Positions 1 through 9,959 of a stretch of DNA of 64,000 bases are shown in pieces. Under the pieces are notes generated by a model. That model saw only the letters and a list, made by a program, of their open reading frames with translations, was not told where the DNA came from and searched no databases. A program made the translations under genes and the position numbers. Origin of the DNA: Candidatus Hydrogenedentota bacterium (GTDB lineage Bacteria > Hydrogenedentota > Hydrogenedentia > Hydrogenedentales > SLHB01); assembly GCA_963745075.1 (NCBI GenBank), contig CAVUWV010000011.1, positions 125,298 to 189,297 of the forward strand, in the 5' to 3' direction. The number at the start of each line of letters is the position of its first letter. Position 1 is the stretch's first letter.

Positions 1-405
1 CGCGTTCGGTGCGAACCAGAGGCTGCGAATCCACTTCTTGAATAAGTCGCGTGCCTGTGCCGTCGTCACGTGGAAGGAGAGCAGCGCTTTGGGCTTCAGC
101 AGCTTGCGCGAACTCTCCGTCGCAACGATGTTGGCGCCACAGAACGGGCATTCGGCCGAGGTGACGTTGGGTTGCCGTGTGGATTCCGCGCCGCAGGACG
201 TGCACTTAATTGTGATGCGTTCCTGGACTTCCTCATGCCCCATCGCATCGCGCAGAAAGGAGTCATAGTCCAACTCTTCGATGGGCGTCGAGTCGACGTG
301 AATGGGATTCTCGTGCCCGCAATACGGGCACACTTGGGCGTCTGCCCCCGGCTGAAATTCCAGGTTCGCCCCGCACTGTGCACATGGAAAAGTGGCCTGC
401 GTCAC
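1..405 (-). CDS. Zinc-ribbon protein, YdjG-like (3' end runs off the window)
   Basis: Not in the ORF track. Manual translation from GTG at 405: MTQATFPCAQCGANLEFQPGADAQVCPYCGHEN...KCTSCGA...ECPFCGANIV...FKKWIRSLWFAPNA, with four CxxC pairs. Lies directly downstream of the SPFH gene. Confidence 0.8.
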   Translation of the reverse strand, partial: MTQATFPCAQCGANLEFQPGADAQVCPYCGHENPIHVDSTPIEELDYDSFLRDAMGHEEVQERITIKCTSCGAESTRQPNVTSAECPFCGANIVATESSRKLLKPKALLSFHVTTAQARDLFKKWIRSLWFAPNA

Positions 406-500
406 ACCCTGCCCCTATGAATGCTGGTGTTTCCCTTACTAAAAGGATCTCAAGGACGAAAGGGACTTAAACGACTTTACGAGGTCTCCGGTCTTCAGTC

Positions 501-1589
501 TCAAGTCGGTGGCACCGGCGGCGGCGTAGCCCCGAACAGCTTGGCCAAGTCCGGCACGTCCGACGCCGTGGTCCACTGGGCCATGCCTTCGGTCCATACC
601 AGTGATTGCCGCGTAAGGCGTCCATTTTGGACTTGCTGTTTCAGCGTCATCGTGTCGAACGGACCCGTCTGCTGCCCATCCACCGCCACGTAAAAATTGG
701 CCGTCTGCGGTACCGGCGGGGGCGCTTGCGAAGCGCTAGCGGCCGCTTGCCCCATCTGCCCGGCCATGGCGAACCCCATGCCCAGACCCATGCCCCCCGA
801 CGCCGTGCCGCCCGGGTTTTCCGCGGCCTTCTCGAGGGCGTTCGCGGTCTGGTATTGGGTATAAGCCTGCAGATTGCCAATTACGCCCATGCTCGTTCGT
901 TTGTCGAGGGCCTCCTCGACTTCCGGCGGCAAGGAGATGTTCTCGACCAGCAGCTTGGTGATCTGCAGCCCGTAGGAGTCGAAATCGTCCGAGATCTTAT
1001 CCGTGATGAATTTCCCGAGCTCATCATAGTTTGCCGCCAAATCGAGCACGGGGATCTTGCTTTCACCCAAAATATCCGCGAAACGCGCAACGATAAGGTT
1101 GCGCAGTTGATCCGTGATCTCGTCCGTCGTGAATAGCCCGTCCGTCCCCACGATTTCCTTGATGAACGTTGGGGCGAACATAACGCGCACGCAATAGGTC
1201 CCGAAGGCCCGTAACCGGACCGGACCAAACTCCGGGTCGCGCAGCATGATGGGATTCTTCGTGCCCCACTTCAGGTCTGTGAACTGCCGCGTGCTGACGA
1301 AATACACCTCGGCCTTGAACGGACTCTGAAACCCGTGCGCCCAGCCCAGCAGCGTCGCCAGGATCGGCAAATTCCGCGTCTCGAGGGTGTACGTGCCGGG
1401 TTCAAACACGTCGGCGAGCTTGCCCTCATTGATGAACACGGCCACCTGGGATTCGCGCACGACCAGTTTGGCCCCGTATTTGATTTCGTTGTTGTACCGC
1501 TCGAACCGGTGGACCATGGTGTCATTCGTGGGATCGGTCCACTCGACAATGTCGATCAGTTCTCCACGGAGCTTGTCAAAGAGTCCCAT
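501..1589 (-). CDS. SPFH/band-7 domain protein (YdjI-like) with C-terminal GYF_2 (DUF4339)-like domain
   Basis: Motifs IDIVEW, LVVRESQVAVF, SPFKAEVYFV, KWGTKNPI, RAFGTY and a C-terminal GQQTGPF...LVWTEGMAQW. RBS GGAGG upstream. Confidence 0.9.
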   Translation of the reverse strand: MGLFDKLRGELIDIVEWTDPTNDTMVHRFERYNNEIKYGAKLVVRESQVAVFINEGKLADVFEPGTYTLETRNLPILATLLGWAHGFQSPFKAEVYFVSTRQFTDLKWGTKNPIMLRDPEFGPVRLRAFGTYCVRVMFAPTFIKEIVGTDGLFTTDEITDQLRNLIVARFADILGESKIPVLDLAANYDELGKFITDKISDDFDSYGLQITKLLVENISLPPEVEEALDKRTSMGVIGNLQAYTQYQTANALEKAAENPGGTASGGMGLGMGFAMAGQMGQAAASASQAPPPVPQTANFYVAVDGQQTGPFDTMTLKQQVQNGRLTRQSLVWTEGMAQWTTASDVPDLAKLFGATPPPVPPT

Positions 1590-1680
1590 GGTTCAACCCT
1601 CCTGTTCGTAAGAACTTCCGATTCGCGCCGATGTTCCCAGCCGAAAGCGGCCGACGCACACGGCTGCTGTAAACTATACG

Positions 1681-1709
1681 ACTATAGAATCGATCCGCCA
1701 TCGCGTCAA
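1681..1709 (-). promoter_or_regulatory. sigma70-like promoter for the SPFH operon
   Basis: Minus strand TTGACG-N17-TATAGT about 90 nt upstream of the start at 1589. Confidence 0.6.
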
Positions 1710-1820
1710 CTTCTGCACGCGAGCCTTGATTGCACTCGCACGCGGCGGCCCGACTATGGCAAAATGCGCTCTCAACGAAGCCGGCGGTCGCGGCAAGCGG
1801 ACCGCAGTTCGGAGGATCTC

Positions 1821-3014
1821 GTGAAAAAGCTCGCTTTGGTGTCGACATTTCTGTTTGTTTTCACCGCATACGCCCAGGATACGCCCTGGAAGGCCATCAC
1901 ACCGGGACCGAACCTCGCTGGATGGACGGTCGTTAGCGGCGACTGGTCCGTGGAAGGCGGCGTTCTCACGGGAAAAGCCGCCGACGATGCTCCGGCCGTG
2001 CTCGTCTCGGATGCAACGTACATCGATTTCGCATTGGAGGCCGAGTTTGAAACGCCCAGCCCCGGCGACGGTGGAATCTACCTTCGCGCTCACCAGTTGC
2101 CCAAACTTCCCATTCCGGAAGGGACGGATCCCATGACCGTGCCACGGATTCTGTATGGCTACCGGGTCGGCGTGGACACCATGGGCGCTGGCGCCACGGG
2201 CAGTCTGAGCGACCCCAACGGATGCGGCGCCGTTTTCTCCTCCCGGTCCGCCGCGACCGCCACAGTGATCACCGACGATTGGAACGACCTCTCCGTGACC
2301 ATGCTCGAGAGCGATCTCGCGGTAACGGTCAATGGCGAGATTGCCGTAACCGGATCCGACACGGGATACACGAAGGGCCTCGTCGCCTTTGAAGTCGTCC
2401 CCGGTTCCGAAATCCACTTCCGCAACGTTCGCATCCAGGATCGCGGCCGTTCCGGTACGTGGCGCTCCCTGTTCAACGGCAAAAACTTTGACGGTTGGAT
2501 CGAGTGGGGTGAAGAAGACTGGATGGTGGAAGACGGCGTCATCGTGGGCCACAGCGGGCCGAAAAAGTCGGAAGGGTACATGGCCACCGCGGACACGTGG
2601 AAGGACTTTCACGTGCGCGGCGTGTATAAGATGCTTGGCGAAGGCAACTACGGCCTTTTTTACCACTCCACCATCGCCTACAATGAGAAACACTATCCCG
2701 TCATCTCGGGTCTTCAGGGCGAGGTTGCGCCGGGGTACCCGAGTCCGACGGGCTGGGTCTACGAAAGTTACAAACGCGGCTGGCTGCTCGAGCCCGATAT
2801 GACGCGAGTCTGCGCCTTCGCGCAGAACCCCGATGGCTGGAATGAGATCGAAATCAAGTCCGAGGGCAACCGTATCATGACCTGGGTCAACGGCATTCGC
2901 GTGCTCGATTACACCGACGCTGCGCCCAACCTGTTCGAAGGCGCGTTTGCGCTGCAATTGCACACCGGCGGCACCGCCGGCATCCTCTGGAAGGACTTGT
3001 ACGTAAAAGAATGA
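1821..3014 (+). CDS. Secreted tandem DUF1080 (3-keto-disaccharide hydrolase-like) protein
   Basis: GTG at 1821 after GGAGG, signal peptide, and two domains with LFNGKNFDGW / WxVEDG / WNEIEI / ALQLH-type motifs. Confidence 0.85.
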   Translation: MKKLALVSTFLFVFTAYAQDTPWKAITPGPNLAGWTVVSGDWSVEGGVLTGKAADDAPAVLVSDATYIDFALEAEFETPSPGDGGIYLRAHQLPKLPIPEGTDPMTVPRILYGYRVGVDTMGAGATGSLSDPNGCGAVFSSRSAATATVITDDWNDLSVTMLESDLAVTVNGEIAVTGSDTGYTKGLVAFEVVPGSEIHFRNVRIQDRGRSGTWRSLFNGKNFDGWIEWGEEDWMVEDGVIVGHSGPKKSEGYMATADTWKDFHVRGVYKMLGEGNYGLFYHSTIAYNEKHYPVISGLQGEVAPGYPSPTGWVYESYKRGWLLEPDMTRVCAFAQNPDGWNEIEIKSEGNRIMTWVNGIRVLDYTDAAPNLFEGAFALQLHTGGTAGILWKDLYVKE

Positions 3015-4540
3015 ATGCGAAAAAGAATCCCAAACAACCCTGCGTCTACAAACTCAAAGTCACGCTGAAGGACCTCAAACCGCCGATTTGGCGTCGTTTA
3101 CTCGTTCGCGGCGACGACACGCTTGCAGACCTCCACGATGTCATCCAGATTTCCATGGGGTGGATGGACTATCACCTTCACGAGTTCACGGTCGGCAAAA
3201 CACAATACGGGACTCAGGACGACGATTCTCCTTCCGAGGTGTTCGACGATGGAGAATACACCCTGGACGAAGTCTTAGGGGGAAAGAAGACGCGCTTCAC
3301 GTACCTTTACGACTTTGGCGATGGCTGGACTATGGATGTCGTTGTGGAAAGCATCGAGCCCCTGGACCCCGAAAAGCAGTACCCGGTGTGCCTGGCAGGC
3401 AAACGGCACGGCCCCATGGAAGACAGCGGCGGCCCGTGGGGATATGCCCAGAAAGTGGAAACCCTCAAGAATCCGGACGATCCGTACTACGAACAGATTG
3501 CCGAATGGATGGGCGCAGACTGGGATGCGGAGTATTTCGACCGGGACGAACTGAATGTCGAACTGCAACAAGGTGATCTTGAGGACACCGTCGACTTGGA
3601 AGATCTTGGCGAGGAGGAACGCGACGCCCTCCTGGAGTCCATGCTCGACGAAGATCCGTTTCTCGAAGAACGGGTCGCCCGGCTTCACGATCAGATCGGC
3701 AAAGCCCATGGATTGGGGTCGCCGGAGGCCGTTCATGACTTTATCGAAGCCATGTCCGCCGAAGCGTTGCGCGACTTTGCCATGAAACAATTGAATCAGA
3801 ATCCGGAAGATGCCGCATTTGAATTCGGGCTTCTTGCCCTGGAAGCCCAGGACTTGGACGAAGCGATTGGGCTCGCCGACAAGGCCCTTGAACTCGACCC
3901 GCGCAGTGTCGATGCCCGAATCGTGCGGTCCAATGTGGCCGTGGCGGAAGGCAATTACGATGACGGCATCGCCTTGCTTCGCGAAGCCTTGGCGATTGCG
4001 AAGGACAATCTCGGAGAGGAATTCTTCACCCAATTCAGCGGCGAGTTCGCAGACCATGTCCAGACCCGGCCCTACCTGCGGGTGCGGTTTCTCCTTGGCC
4101 ATACGCTGCAGGAGACAGACCAAGTCGAAGAAGCAGCGGACCACTATCGCGACATGCTGGAGAAGGATTCCGATGACTCTATGGGCGCGCGGTATCCGTT
4201 GGCCGGTGTCCTGCTTCAGATGGAGCGCCTCGAAGAGGTACGCGCCTTGGCGGAGGAGTACTCGTCGGATGACGACATGATCTTCCCTTGGGCCGAGGTG
4301 CTGGAGCGATACCTTTCGGGCGAGGAGGGAGCGGCCGAGGACCTCCTGGAAGGCGCAATTGCCGCGAATCCCCTAATGGCAACCAGTCTGCTCGATTTCG
4401 AGTCCGCGGCCGATCTCGACACGGACACCGACCTCGGTGTCGCTGCCGCGATGGCCTTGGCTGCCGTGGGGAAAGCGTGGATCGACCATCCCAAGGCCCT
4501 CGAGTGGCTCGATGCAAAAGTATACGCCGAGGACGATTGA
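3011..4540 (+). CDS. pRiA4b ORF-3 family domain fused to a TPR-like region
   Basis: YKLKVTL..PPIWRR, MGWMDYHLHEF, YLYDFGDGW, GPMEDSGGPWGY; acidic C-terminal helical repeats (TRPYLR, DSMGARY). ATGA overlap with the upstream gene. Confidence 0.85.
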   Translation: MNAKKNPKQPCVYKLKVTLKDLKPPIWRRLLVRGDDTLADLHDVIQISMGWMDYHLHEFTVGKTQYGTQDDDSPSEVFDDGEYTLDEVLGGKKTRFTYLYDFGDGWTMDVVVESIEPLDPEKQYPVCLAGKRHGPMEDSGGPWGYAQKVETLKNPDDPYYEQIAEWMGADWDAEYFDRDELNVELQQGDLEDTVDLEDLGEEERDALLESMLDEDPFLEERVARLHDQIGKAHGLGSPEAVHDFIEAMSAEALRDFAMKQLNQNPEDAAFEFGLLALEAQDLDEAIGLADKALELDPRSVDARIVRSNVAVAEGNYDDGIALLREALAIAKDNLGEEFFTQFSGEFADHVQTRPYLRVRFLLGHTLQETDQVEEAADHYRDMLEKDSDDSMGARYPLAGVLLQMERLEEVRALAEEYSSDDDMIFPWAEVLERYLSGEEGAAEDLLEGAIAANPLMATSLLDFESAADLDTDTDLGVAAAMALAAVGKAWIDHPKALEWLDAKVYAEDD

Positions 4541-4608
4541 CAGTCGACGTTCTGCATCCGATCCATCTTTCGACGAGTGCGCACGGAAGAAGAAACGGGG
4601 AAACCTGT

Positions 4609-5478
4609 ATGCGGTCCATCCAATCCCACGCCAAGATCAATCTCTATCTCGACGTTTTGAACACCCGGCGGGACCGGTTTACCAATATCGAAACCATCTT
4701 CCAGACCGTCAGCCTCTATGACGAACTTGCCTTTGAATCGCGGCCCTCGGATGTCACGCTGGAGTGTACGTGCGACGGGATACCTACCGACGAGTCGAAC
4801 CTTGTCATCCGTGCCGCGCGCCTGCTGCAGGAATCGACAGGCTGCGCCCGCGGCGCGCACATTCGCTTGGAGAAGCGCATCCCCATGGCAGCGGGGTTGG
4901 CCGGCGGGTCCGGAAACGGCGCGGCGGCGCTCATTGCGCTCAACAAGCTATGGGAACTTGGTCTCTCCATGTCGCGATTGGAACGGCTTGCAACGCGGCT
5001 CGGTTCCGACGTGCCCTACTGTTTGCATGGCGGCGCCGTGGCCGCGACGGGGCGCGGCGAACGCATGTCAATCTTGCCGGCAATACCCGAGACCTGGTTC
5101 GTACTGCTTCACCCGGACCTCCACGTCAGCACGCGCGACGTGTACACCAGCCCGGATCTCGGGCGCAGTACCCAAATTCCCTTCGCCGGGCGCACACCGG
5201 CCTTCCGCAACGCGATTGGTGTTCTTACGCAAGGTCGGCTTAGGGACGTGATGTTCAATCGCATGGAGACGGCGGCATTTGCGATGCATCCCGAACTTGC
5301 AAGATTAAAACAGCGTCTGGTGGACGAAGGATGCGCCGCCGCGATCATGAGCGGCAGCGGTCCAACCGTGTTCGGGTTATGCGCGTCTCGCGAAGAGGCC
5401 GAGACAGTAGCTTCGCGAATCACGGAGGTCCGCGCGACTGTTGTGCACAGCGTTGACCACGCGATCGCGGGCTATTAA
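4609..5478 (+). CDS. ispE: 4-diphosphocytidyl-2-C-methyl-D-erythritol kinase
   Basis: HAKINLYL, KRIPMAAGLAGGS, LGSDVP, MSGSGPTVF. ATG at 4609. Confidence 0.95.
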   Translation: MRSIQSHAKINLYLDVLNTRRDRFTNIETIFQTVSLYDELAFESRPSDVTLECTCDGIPTDESNLVIRAARLLQESTGCARGAHIRLEKRIPMAAGLAGGSGNGAAALIALNKLWELGLSMSRLERLATRLGSDVPYCLHGGAVAATGRGERMSILPAIPETWFVLLHPDLHVSTRDVYTSPDLGRSTQIPFAGRTPAFRNAIGVLTQGRLRDVMFNRMETAAFAMHPELARLKQRLVDEGCAAAIMSGSGPTVFGLCASREEAETVASRITEVRATVVHSVDHAIAGY

Positions 5479-8400
5479 TCGCCCTTCTTACTTGGGACTT
5501 CCGCGGGCACGACGCGCGCACGCTCTTCGGATTTTTGCCTCGTCTCCGCGAGAGACATGGCTTTCCAGTATCCGAACCCAACGATGAGGAGCATCACGCC
5601 CAGAAATCCGATCGCGGCGATACGATAAAACCCTTCGAGATTCTGCGTGTCAAAAACGGCCGCGCGCACGATGGCCAGCAGGAATATCGCCAGGCCGGCA
5701 TGACGGTAGTGGGACTGTTTGAACACCAGCGACACTCCGAACAAGCCGAAGGCCAGAATCGTCCAACTGATGGTCAAAAAATACGTCGCCAACTGCGGGA
5801 TTCGATGCAGCATCAGGACCAGCAGGACAGCGGCGGCTGCGGTGCAAAGTCCGGTCAAGGCTTGTGCCGCATCCTGGATCGGTTTGGATTGCGCCAGTTG
5901 CACGAGCCGTTCGCAAACCACCCAGAAGGCGGCGCAGGCAACAAAGCCGGCGATCAACGCCGTTTCACCGAGTGTGGATCCATACGCCTGGAGAACCATC
6001 GTCAGGGATGCAACGGCCGCGCCGAGTATAGCCACGCCGGCGGCCGTTATGGAACGAACGCCGAGTGCGTAACCCAGGAAGGCGAAGGCAAGCAGGCACT
6101 CGAAGAACATCCGCCAATCGTCCGCAGCGTATTGCCATGCGTAGCGCGCCATGATCGCCCAGGCGGCGGCGACCAGGACGTTCCCGAATGCGCCGGTTCC
6201 CAGCCGGCCGCGATGTACGGCGAAATACCGGTCGCCCGTCAGCGCGAGCATGGCAAGCCCCCAGGCGGTGGCGTGCCACAACGTCTCGGCTCCGCCATGT
6301 CCCGCGGCCAACCATGAAAGCATGGCCCAAATTTGCAGGGCCACCGCCACGGACGCCAGCGCCCGTGGATGAAGCAACAGCATCAGTCCCGCAGCCGCGC
6401 ATGCCGCCACCGCAAGGGCCAAAGCGCTCTTGAGGTATCCGTCGATTTCGACGGTCAGCAACAGACCGAGGGTCCAGGCAGTAACGCCATACAAGAAGTA
6501 GGGCGCGGCGCGGAGTTGATGAAACTCCAGCCCCGCCTGTTCACCGAGTAACCGCTGGTCCGCGCGGACGGCGACCGTCCCGAGCGCGATGACGCCCAGG
6601 GCGCTAATCAGGTATGGGGTATGTGCCTGGATACCAATCTCGATGGTGCCGACGGCAACGGCGGCAGATACACCAATCAGTGCAGCCAAGCCGAAAGGTT
6701 TGGCCCGCAACGTGGCCGCGCCGACGGTGCACAGAAAGGCCAGCACCGCCAAGACGGCGAACCGGTGACCGTCCTTCGCGAGATACATGGTCTGGACCAG
6801 GGCAATCGCAATTCCCGCCAGCGCGTACGCGTAAGGAAATAGCAATCCTTGGGCGGGCTTAGGCAGGGGCCGGTGCGAATCGGGCGGTTCACGCAGCAGA
6901 TCGAGCTGCCAAAGCAAGAGTTGGGTGTCGGCGTTCAGGGACGGCCAGCTTGGGCTGCGCGCCGACCAGTCGGTGCGCTGATAGAGGAGTGAAGCGCCGA
7001 AGAATGCCAACACTGTGAGGAGCGCGGGAACGAGATGACCCGCGTACTCCGGGTTGGCATACGCGATAACGCCTTCGTCCACGGCCGCGGCGCAACCTTG
7101 GAAGAGCGTGAGCCCCGCAACCAGGAACGCCAGGATTCGTGTGACAACGAGTCCCGACCGGCGAGCCGAGTAGAGCAGCGCAAGCGTTTCCACTGCGAGA
7201 AACGCGGTCAGTTTCGTGCCTTCGTATTCATAGATCGTCGCGATGCCAAGGGTCAGCATGGCGACCGCCTTGGTCATGTACACGTTGTACAGGGGATCGC
7301 GGTCGCGAACGCGCAAGTAGGCCAGCGCAATGCCAAAGAGCACGGCCGCGTAGATCAACCGGAACCAATCCTGGTGGTCCCGGCTGAAATCGAAGTTGGC
7401 GACGGTGAGCGTGCCCAACAGCAGGAAGCACGCGGAGTTTATGGTTACAAATGCGTTGCGGAACCAAAGTGGAATCTTTTCCCGCCGCAAGTCCGTCGGC
7501 GCGAAGAGTTCCGCCAACGCGAAGATCAGGAAGTAACCGCCCAGGATGGAAATGGAGATCCAAAAATCGGTCAGCGTGTTCCCGCCCTTGACCGTGAACA
7601 ACCAATACGTGTGGTTCAGGTAGCTGCCGGCGAGGCCGAGCACCGCGACGTAGTACCAACGGTTGCGGAGCAGGAAAAACGCGCTGCCGGCACTCAGAAA
7701 TAGCACGCCGGCGACGGCGTATCGCGCGACATCGCCGGACGCCCATATAGCCAGGAAGATGGTCAGGTGACCGAGTATGGTGACGAGCGTCGCCATCAAC
7801 CGAGACCGTCGTACTTGCGCGATGAAGGCCCAAATAGCGACGACGACCGCAAGCAGTGTCAGCGCCACCAACGTGCTGTCAACGATCCGGGCCTGAGGGA
7901 TGTAATGGGCCGCGAAGGTGACGAAGTAACTTAACGCGAACCCGCCGCTGTATAAGACGCGCGCATAGGCGCGGTACTTCCCTTCCAGCCAACGGCCGAG
8001 TCCGAGAAGACCTGCACAAACAAGATATCCTGCGCCCACACGCATGACAGGCGTCGAGTACTTCGCGGTGTATACCAGCAAGAACACAACGGCTACTGAT
8101 AGCAGGACGATGCCGATGCGCGGGAACAGATACGAGATCAGAAAGGCTTCCCAACCTTCTTCCGCGATGCGTCGCTGAATGGCGGATTGGGTCCTCTCGG
8201 CCGACGGAATCTTCGCCGCAAAGGCTCTAATCCTGTCAGGAGGCATGATCCTTTCGGGCTCGGGCGTCGGCTTGGTGTGTACCGGTTCCGCGGGAACCGT
8301 AGACGACGCACGTGGCTTTGTCACCGGATCCGTAAGAGGAAGCGGCGGGGGTTCCATTGGCTTCACGGGAATGGCGGGAGACGCCCCGAATGCCTCGTGC

Positions 8401-8507
8401 CGGGCTTCTCGTTCAAGCGTGTCGAGCCGCCTTCGCATCATGTCGGCCTGCTCGAGCAATGTGTCCAAATCCCGGCGGAGCCGCTTGAGATCATCATCGT
8501 AAGTCAT
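5475..8507 (-). CDS. Large polytopic membrane protein, DUF2339-like
   Basis: N-terminal coiled coil, Pro-rich linker, WE...RIGIVLL motif, many hydrophobic segments, C-terminal FDTQNLEGFYRIAAIGFLG. Confidence 0.8.
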   Translation of the reverse strand: MTYDDDLKRLRRDLDTLLEQADMMRRRLDTLEREARHEAFGASPAIPVKPMEPPPLPLTDPVTKPRASSTVPAEPVHTKPTPEPERIMPPDRIRAFAAKIPSAERTQSAIQRRIAEEGWEAFLISYLFPRIGIVLLSVAVVFLLVYTAKYSTPVMRVGAGYLVCAGLLGLGRWLEGKYRAYARVLYSGGFALSYFVTFAAHYIPQARIVDSTLVALTLLAVVVAIWAFIAQVRRSRLMATLVTILGHLTIFLAIWASGDVARYAVAGVLFLSAGSAFFLLRNRWYYVAVLGLAGSYLNHTYWLFTVKGGNTLTDFWISISILGGYFLIFALAELFAPTDLRREKIPLWFRNAFVTINSACFLLLGTLTVANFDFSRDHQDWFRLIYAAVLFGIALAYLRVRDRDPLYNVYMTKAVAMLTLGIATIYEYEGTKLTAFLAVETLALLYSARRSGLVVTRILAFLVAGLTLFQGCAAAVDEGVIAYANPEYAGHLVPALLTVLAFFGASLLYQRTDWSARSPSWPSLNADTQLLLWQLDLLREPPDSHRPLPKPAQGLLFPYAYALAGIAIALVQTMYLAKDGHRFAVLAVLAFLCTVGAATLRAKPFGLAALIGVSAAVAVGTIEIGIQAHTPYLISALGVIALGTVAVRADQRLLGEQAGLEFHQLRAAPYFLYGVTAWTLGLLLTVEIDGYLKSALALAVAACAAAGLMLLLHPRALASVAVALQIWAMLSWLAAGHGGAETLWHATAWGLAMLALTGDRYFAVHRGRLGTGAFGNVLVAAAWAIMARYAWQYAADDWRMFFECLLAFAFLGYALGVRSITAAGVAILGAAVASLTMVLQAYGSTLGETALIAGFVACAAFWVVCERLVQLAQSKPIQDAAQALTGLCTAAAAVLLVLMLHRIPQLATYFLTISWTILAFGLFGVSLVFKQSHYRHAGLAIFLLAIVRAAVFDTQNLEGFYRIAAIGFLGVMLLIVGFGYWKAMSLAETRQKSEERARVVPAEVPSKKGD

Positions 8508-8597
8508 GGACTATCCCCTGGCTAGAGGTCCGGGAATCCGGACCCGCTCGCATCAGAATACCCCGGGTTCCTTGGTGCCGACATTGTCAGTATATAA

Positions 8598-8627
8598 ATT
8601 ATAATATATTAAACGGTTTTATGTCAA
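8598..8627 (-). promoter_or_regulatory. Consensus sigma70 promoter for the DUF2339-like gene, in an AT-rich patch
   Basis: Minus strand TTGACA (8627-8622) - N18 - TATAAT (8603-8598). Confidence 0.7.
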
Positions 8628-8770
8628 ACAATAAATTTAATCCACGTTAACCTCTTGTAATGCATAGCATAACGCCCGTACTGGCGAAAGTATCTTGAGG
8701 CTCGATTTTCGCGTATTTTGCGCTCTACGCCGCATTTCTGGTAGCATCGAGACCGGTCAGAGATTCCCTC

Positions 8771-9937
8771 ATGCGAGTTGTCAAAGTAGATTCCCTGAAG
8801 CCTGGACTGGTCGTCGGCAAACCCCTGCTCGACGAGCGCGGCCAGACCCTGCTGCACGCGGGCGTCGTCCTGTCCGAGAAGTACATTAACACCCTGAAAG
8901 AAAAAGGGTATACCCACCTCTACGTCAACGAGGACGGCTGCGACGCAACCGTCGCTCCCGAAGACGAACTCAGCCCCATTGTACGCGCGCGGGCCCTGAA
9001 TGCGATGCGCGAAGTTTTCGAGTCCATCGAACAGGAACTCCCGACGGTTAAGACCTTCACCTATGATGACATCAAGCGCTTCTGTGCGTCCGACGTAGTG
9101 AAAGATCTCCTCGGAGAAGATGGACCGATGAAGACTCTCCTCAGTTCCGTGGATTGTATTCTCGACGAGGTGTTGACACGCAGCACGCTGGCGGGCTTAA
9201 CTTCGCTGAAGTCGGACGACACTAGACTCTACGCACACTCGATCAACGTCTGCATCGTGTCCATCATGATTGGGCAGTACATCGGCATGAGCAGTGTCCG
9301 CATGCGTCAACTTGCCACGGGATCCCTGCTGCACGATATCGGGAAGATCTTCCTGGACAAGGCGACCGGCGAGCGAAATTCGATCCGCTTGCACACGGTG
9401 CTGGGTTACGAATTGCTGAAGAACAACGACGATCCCGACATCCTGGCGCCGCATGTGGCGCTCCAGCACCACGAGTACCAGGACGGAACGGGCCTCCCGC
9501 GCGGGTTGATCGGAAGCAATACCATCGAGCGCAACCGCAATCTCCCACCGCCGGTCCCGGCCCTGATCGGAGAGATCGCAGCAGTCGCAAATTGCTACGA
9601 CAACCTGCTGAGCGGCGTGTACGACAAAGTCCCGCTCACGCCGGACCGCGCGTTGAACCGCATACGGCAATGGTCGGGAACGCGGTTGAACCGAGAAATT
9701 GTAAACGCCTTTCTGCGGGTGGTGCCGGTGTATCCGGTCGGCGTAGACGTGGTCATCGAAGGCGGCGCATTTAATAACTGCCAAGCCATTGTGACGGATG
9801 TGGCCCAGAATGCGCTCGATCGCCCCCGGGTCGCCATCTACCGGGACGCAAAGGGCCGACTGGTCGAACCCTTCGAGTTCGACCTCAACGCAGTGGACAG
9901 CGAAGAAGTCACCCTACGGACAAAACCGCCTGTGTAA
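8771..9937 (+). CDS. HD-GYP domain protein (c-di-GMP phosphodiesterase family, divergent motifs)
   Basis: HSINV, LHDIGK, HT..GY, QHHE.QDGTGLP; N-terminal LKPGLVVGKPL...LL..GVVL motif and C-terminal YPVG...DRPRV. Confidence 0.85.
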   Translation: MRVVKVDSLKPGLVVGKPLLDERGQTLLHAGVVLSEKYINTLKEKGYTHLYVNEDGCDATVAPEDELSPIVRARALNAMREVFESIEQELPTVKTFTYDDIKRFCASDVVKDLLGEDGPMKTLLSSVDCILDEVLTRSTLAGLTSLKSDDTRLYAHSINVCIVSIMIGQYIGMSSVRMRQLATGSLLHDIGKIFLDKATGERNSIRLHTVLGYELLKNNDDPDILAPHVALQHHEYQDGTGLPRGLIGSNTIERNRNLPPPVPALIGEIAAVANCYDNLLSGVYDKVPLTPDRALNRIRQWSGTRLNREIVNAFLRVVPVYPVGVDVVIEGGAFNNCQAIVTDVAQNALDRPRVAIYRDAKGRLVEPFEFDLNAVDSEEVTLRTKPPV

Positions 9938-9959
9938 GCAGTGCCGCAATCCGAGTTTT

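Noticed and set aside
1674..2963. Long antisense or alternate-frame ORFs (also 36302-37564, 47801-48967, 56751-57977, 42738-43580, 61265-62257)
   Set aside because: Shadow ORFs typical of high-GC DNA, overlapping genes with clear family motifs.
3011..4540. Plasmid or transposon origin implied by the pRiA4b ORF-3 domain
   Set aside because: The gene is embedded between a DUF1080 gene and ispE with no mobility genes or boundary repeats.
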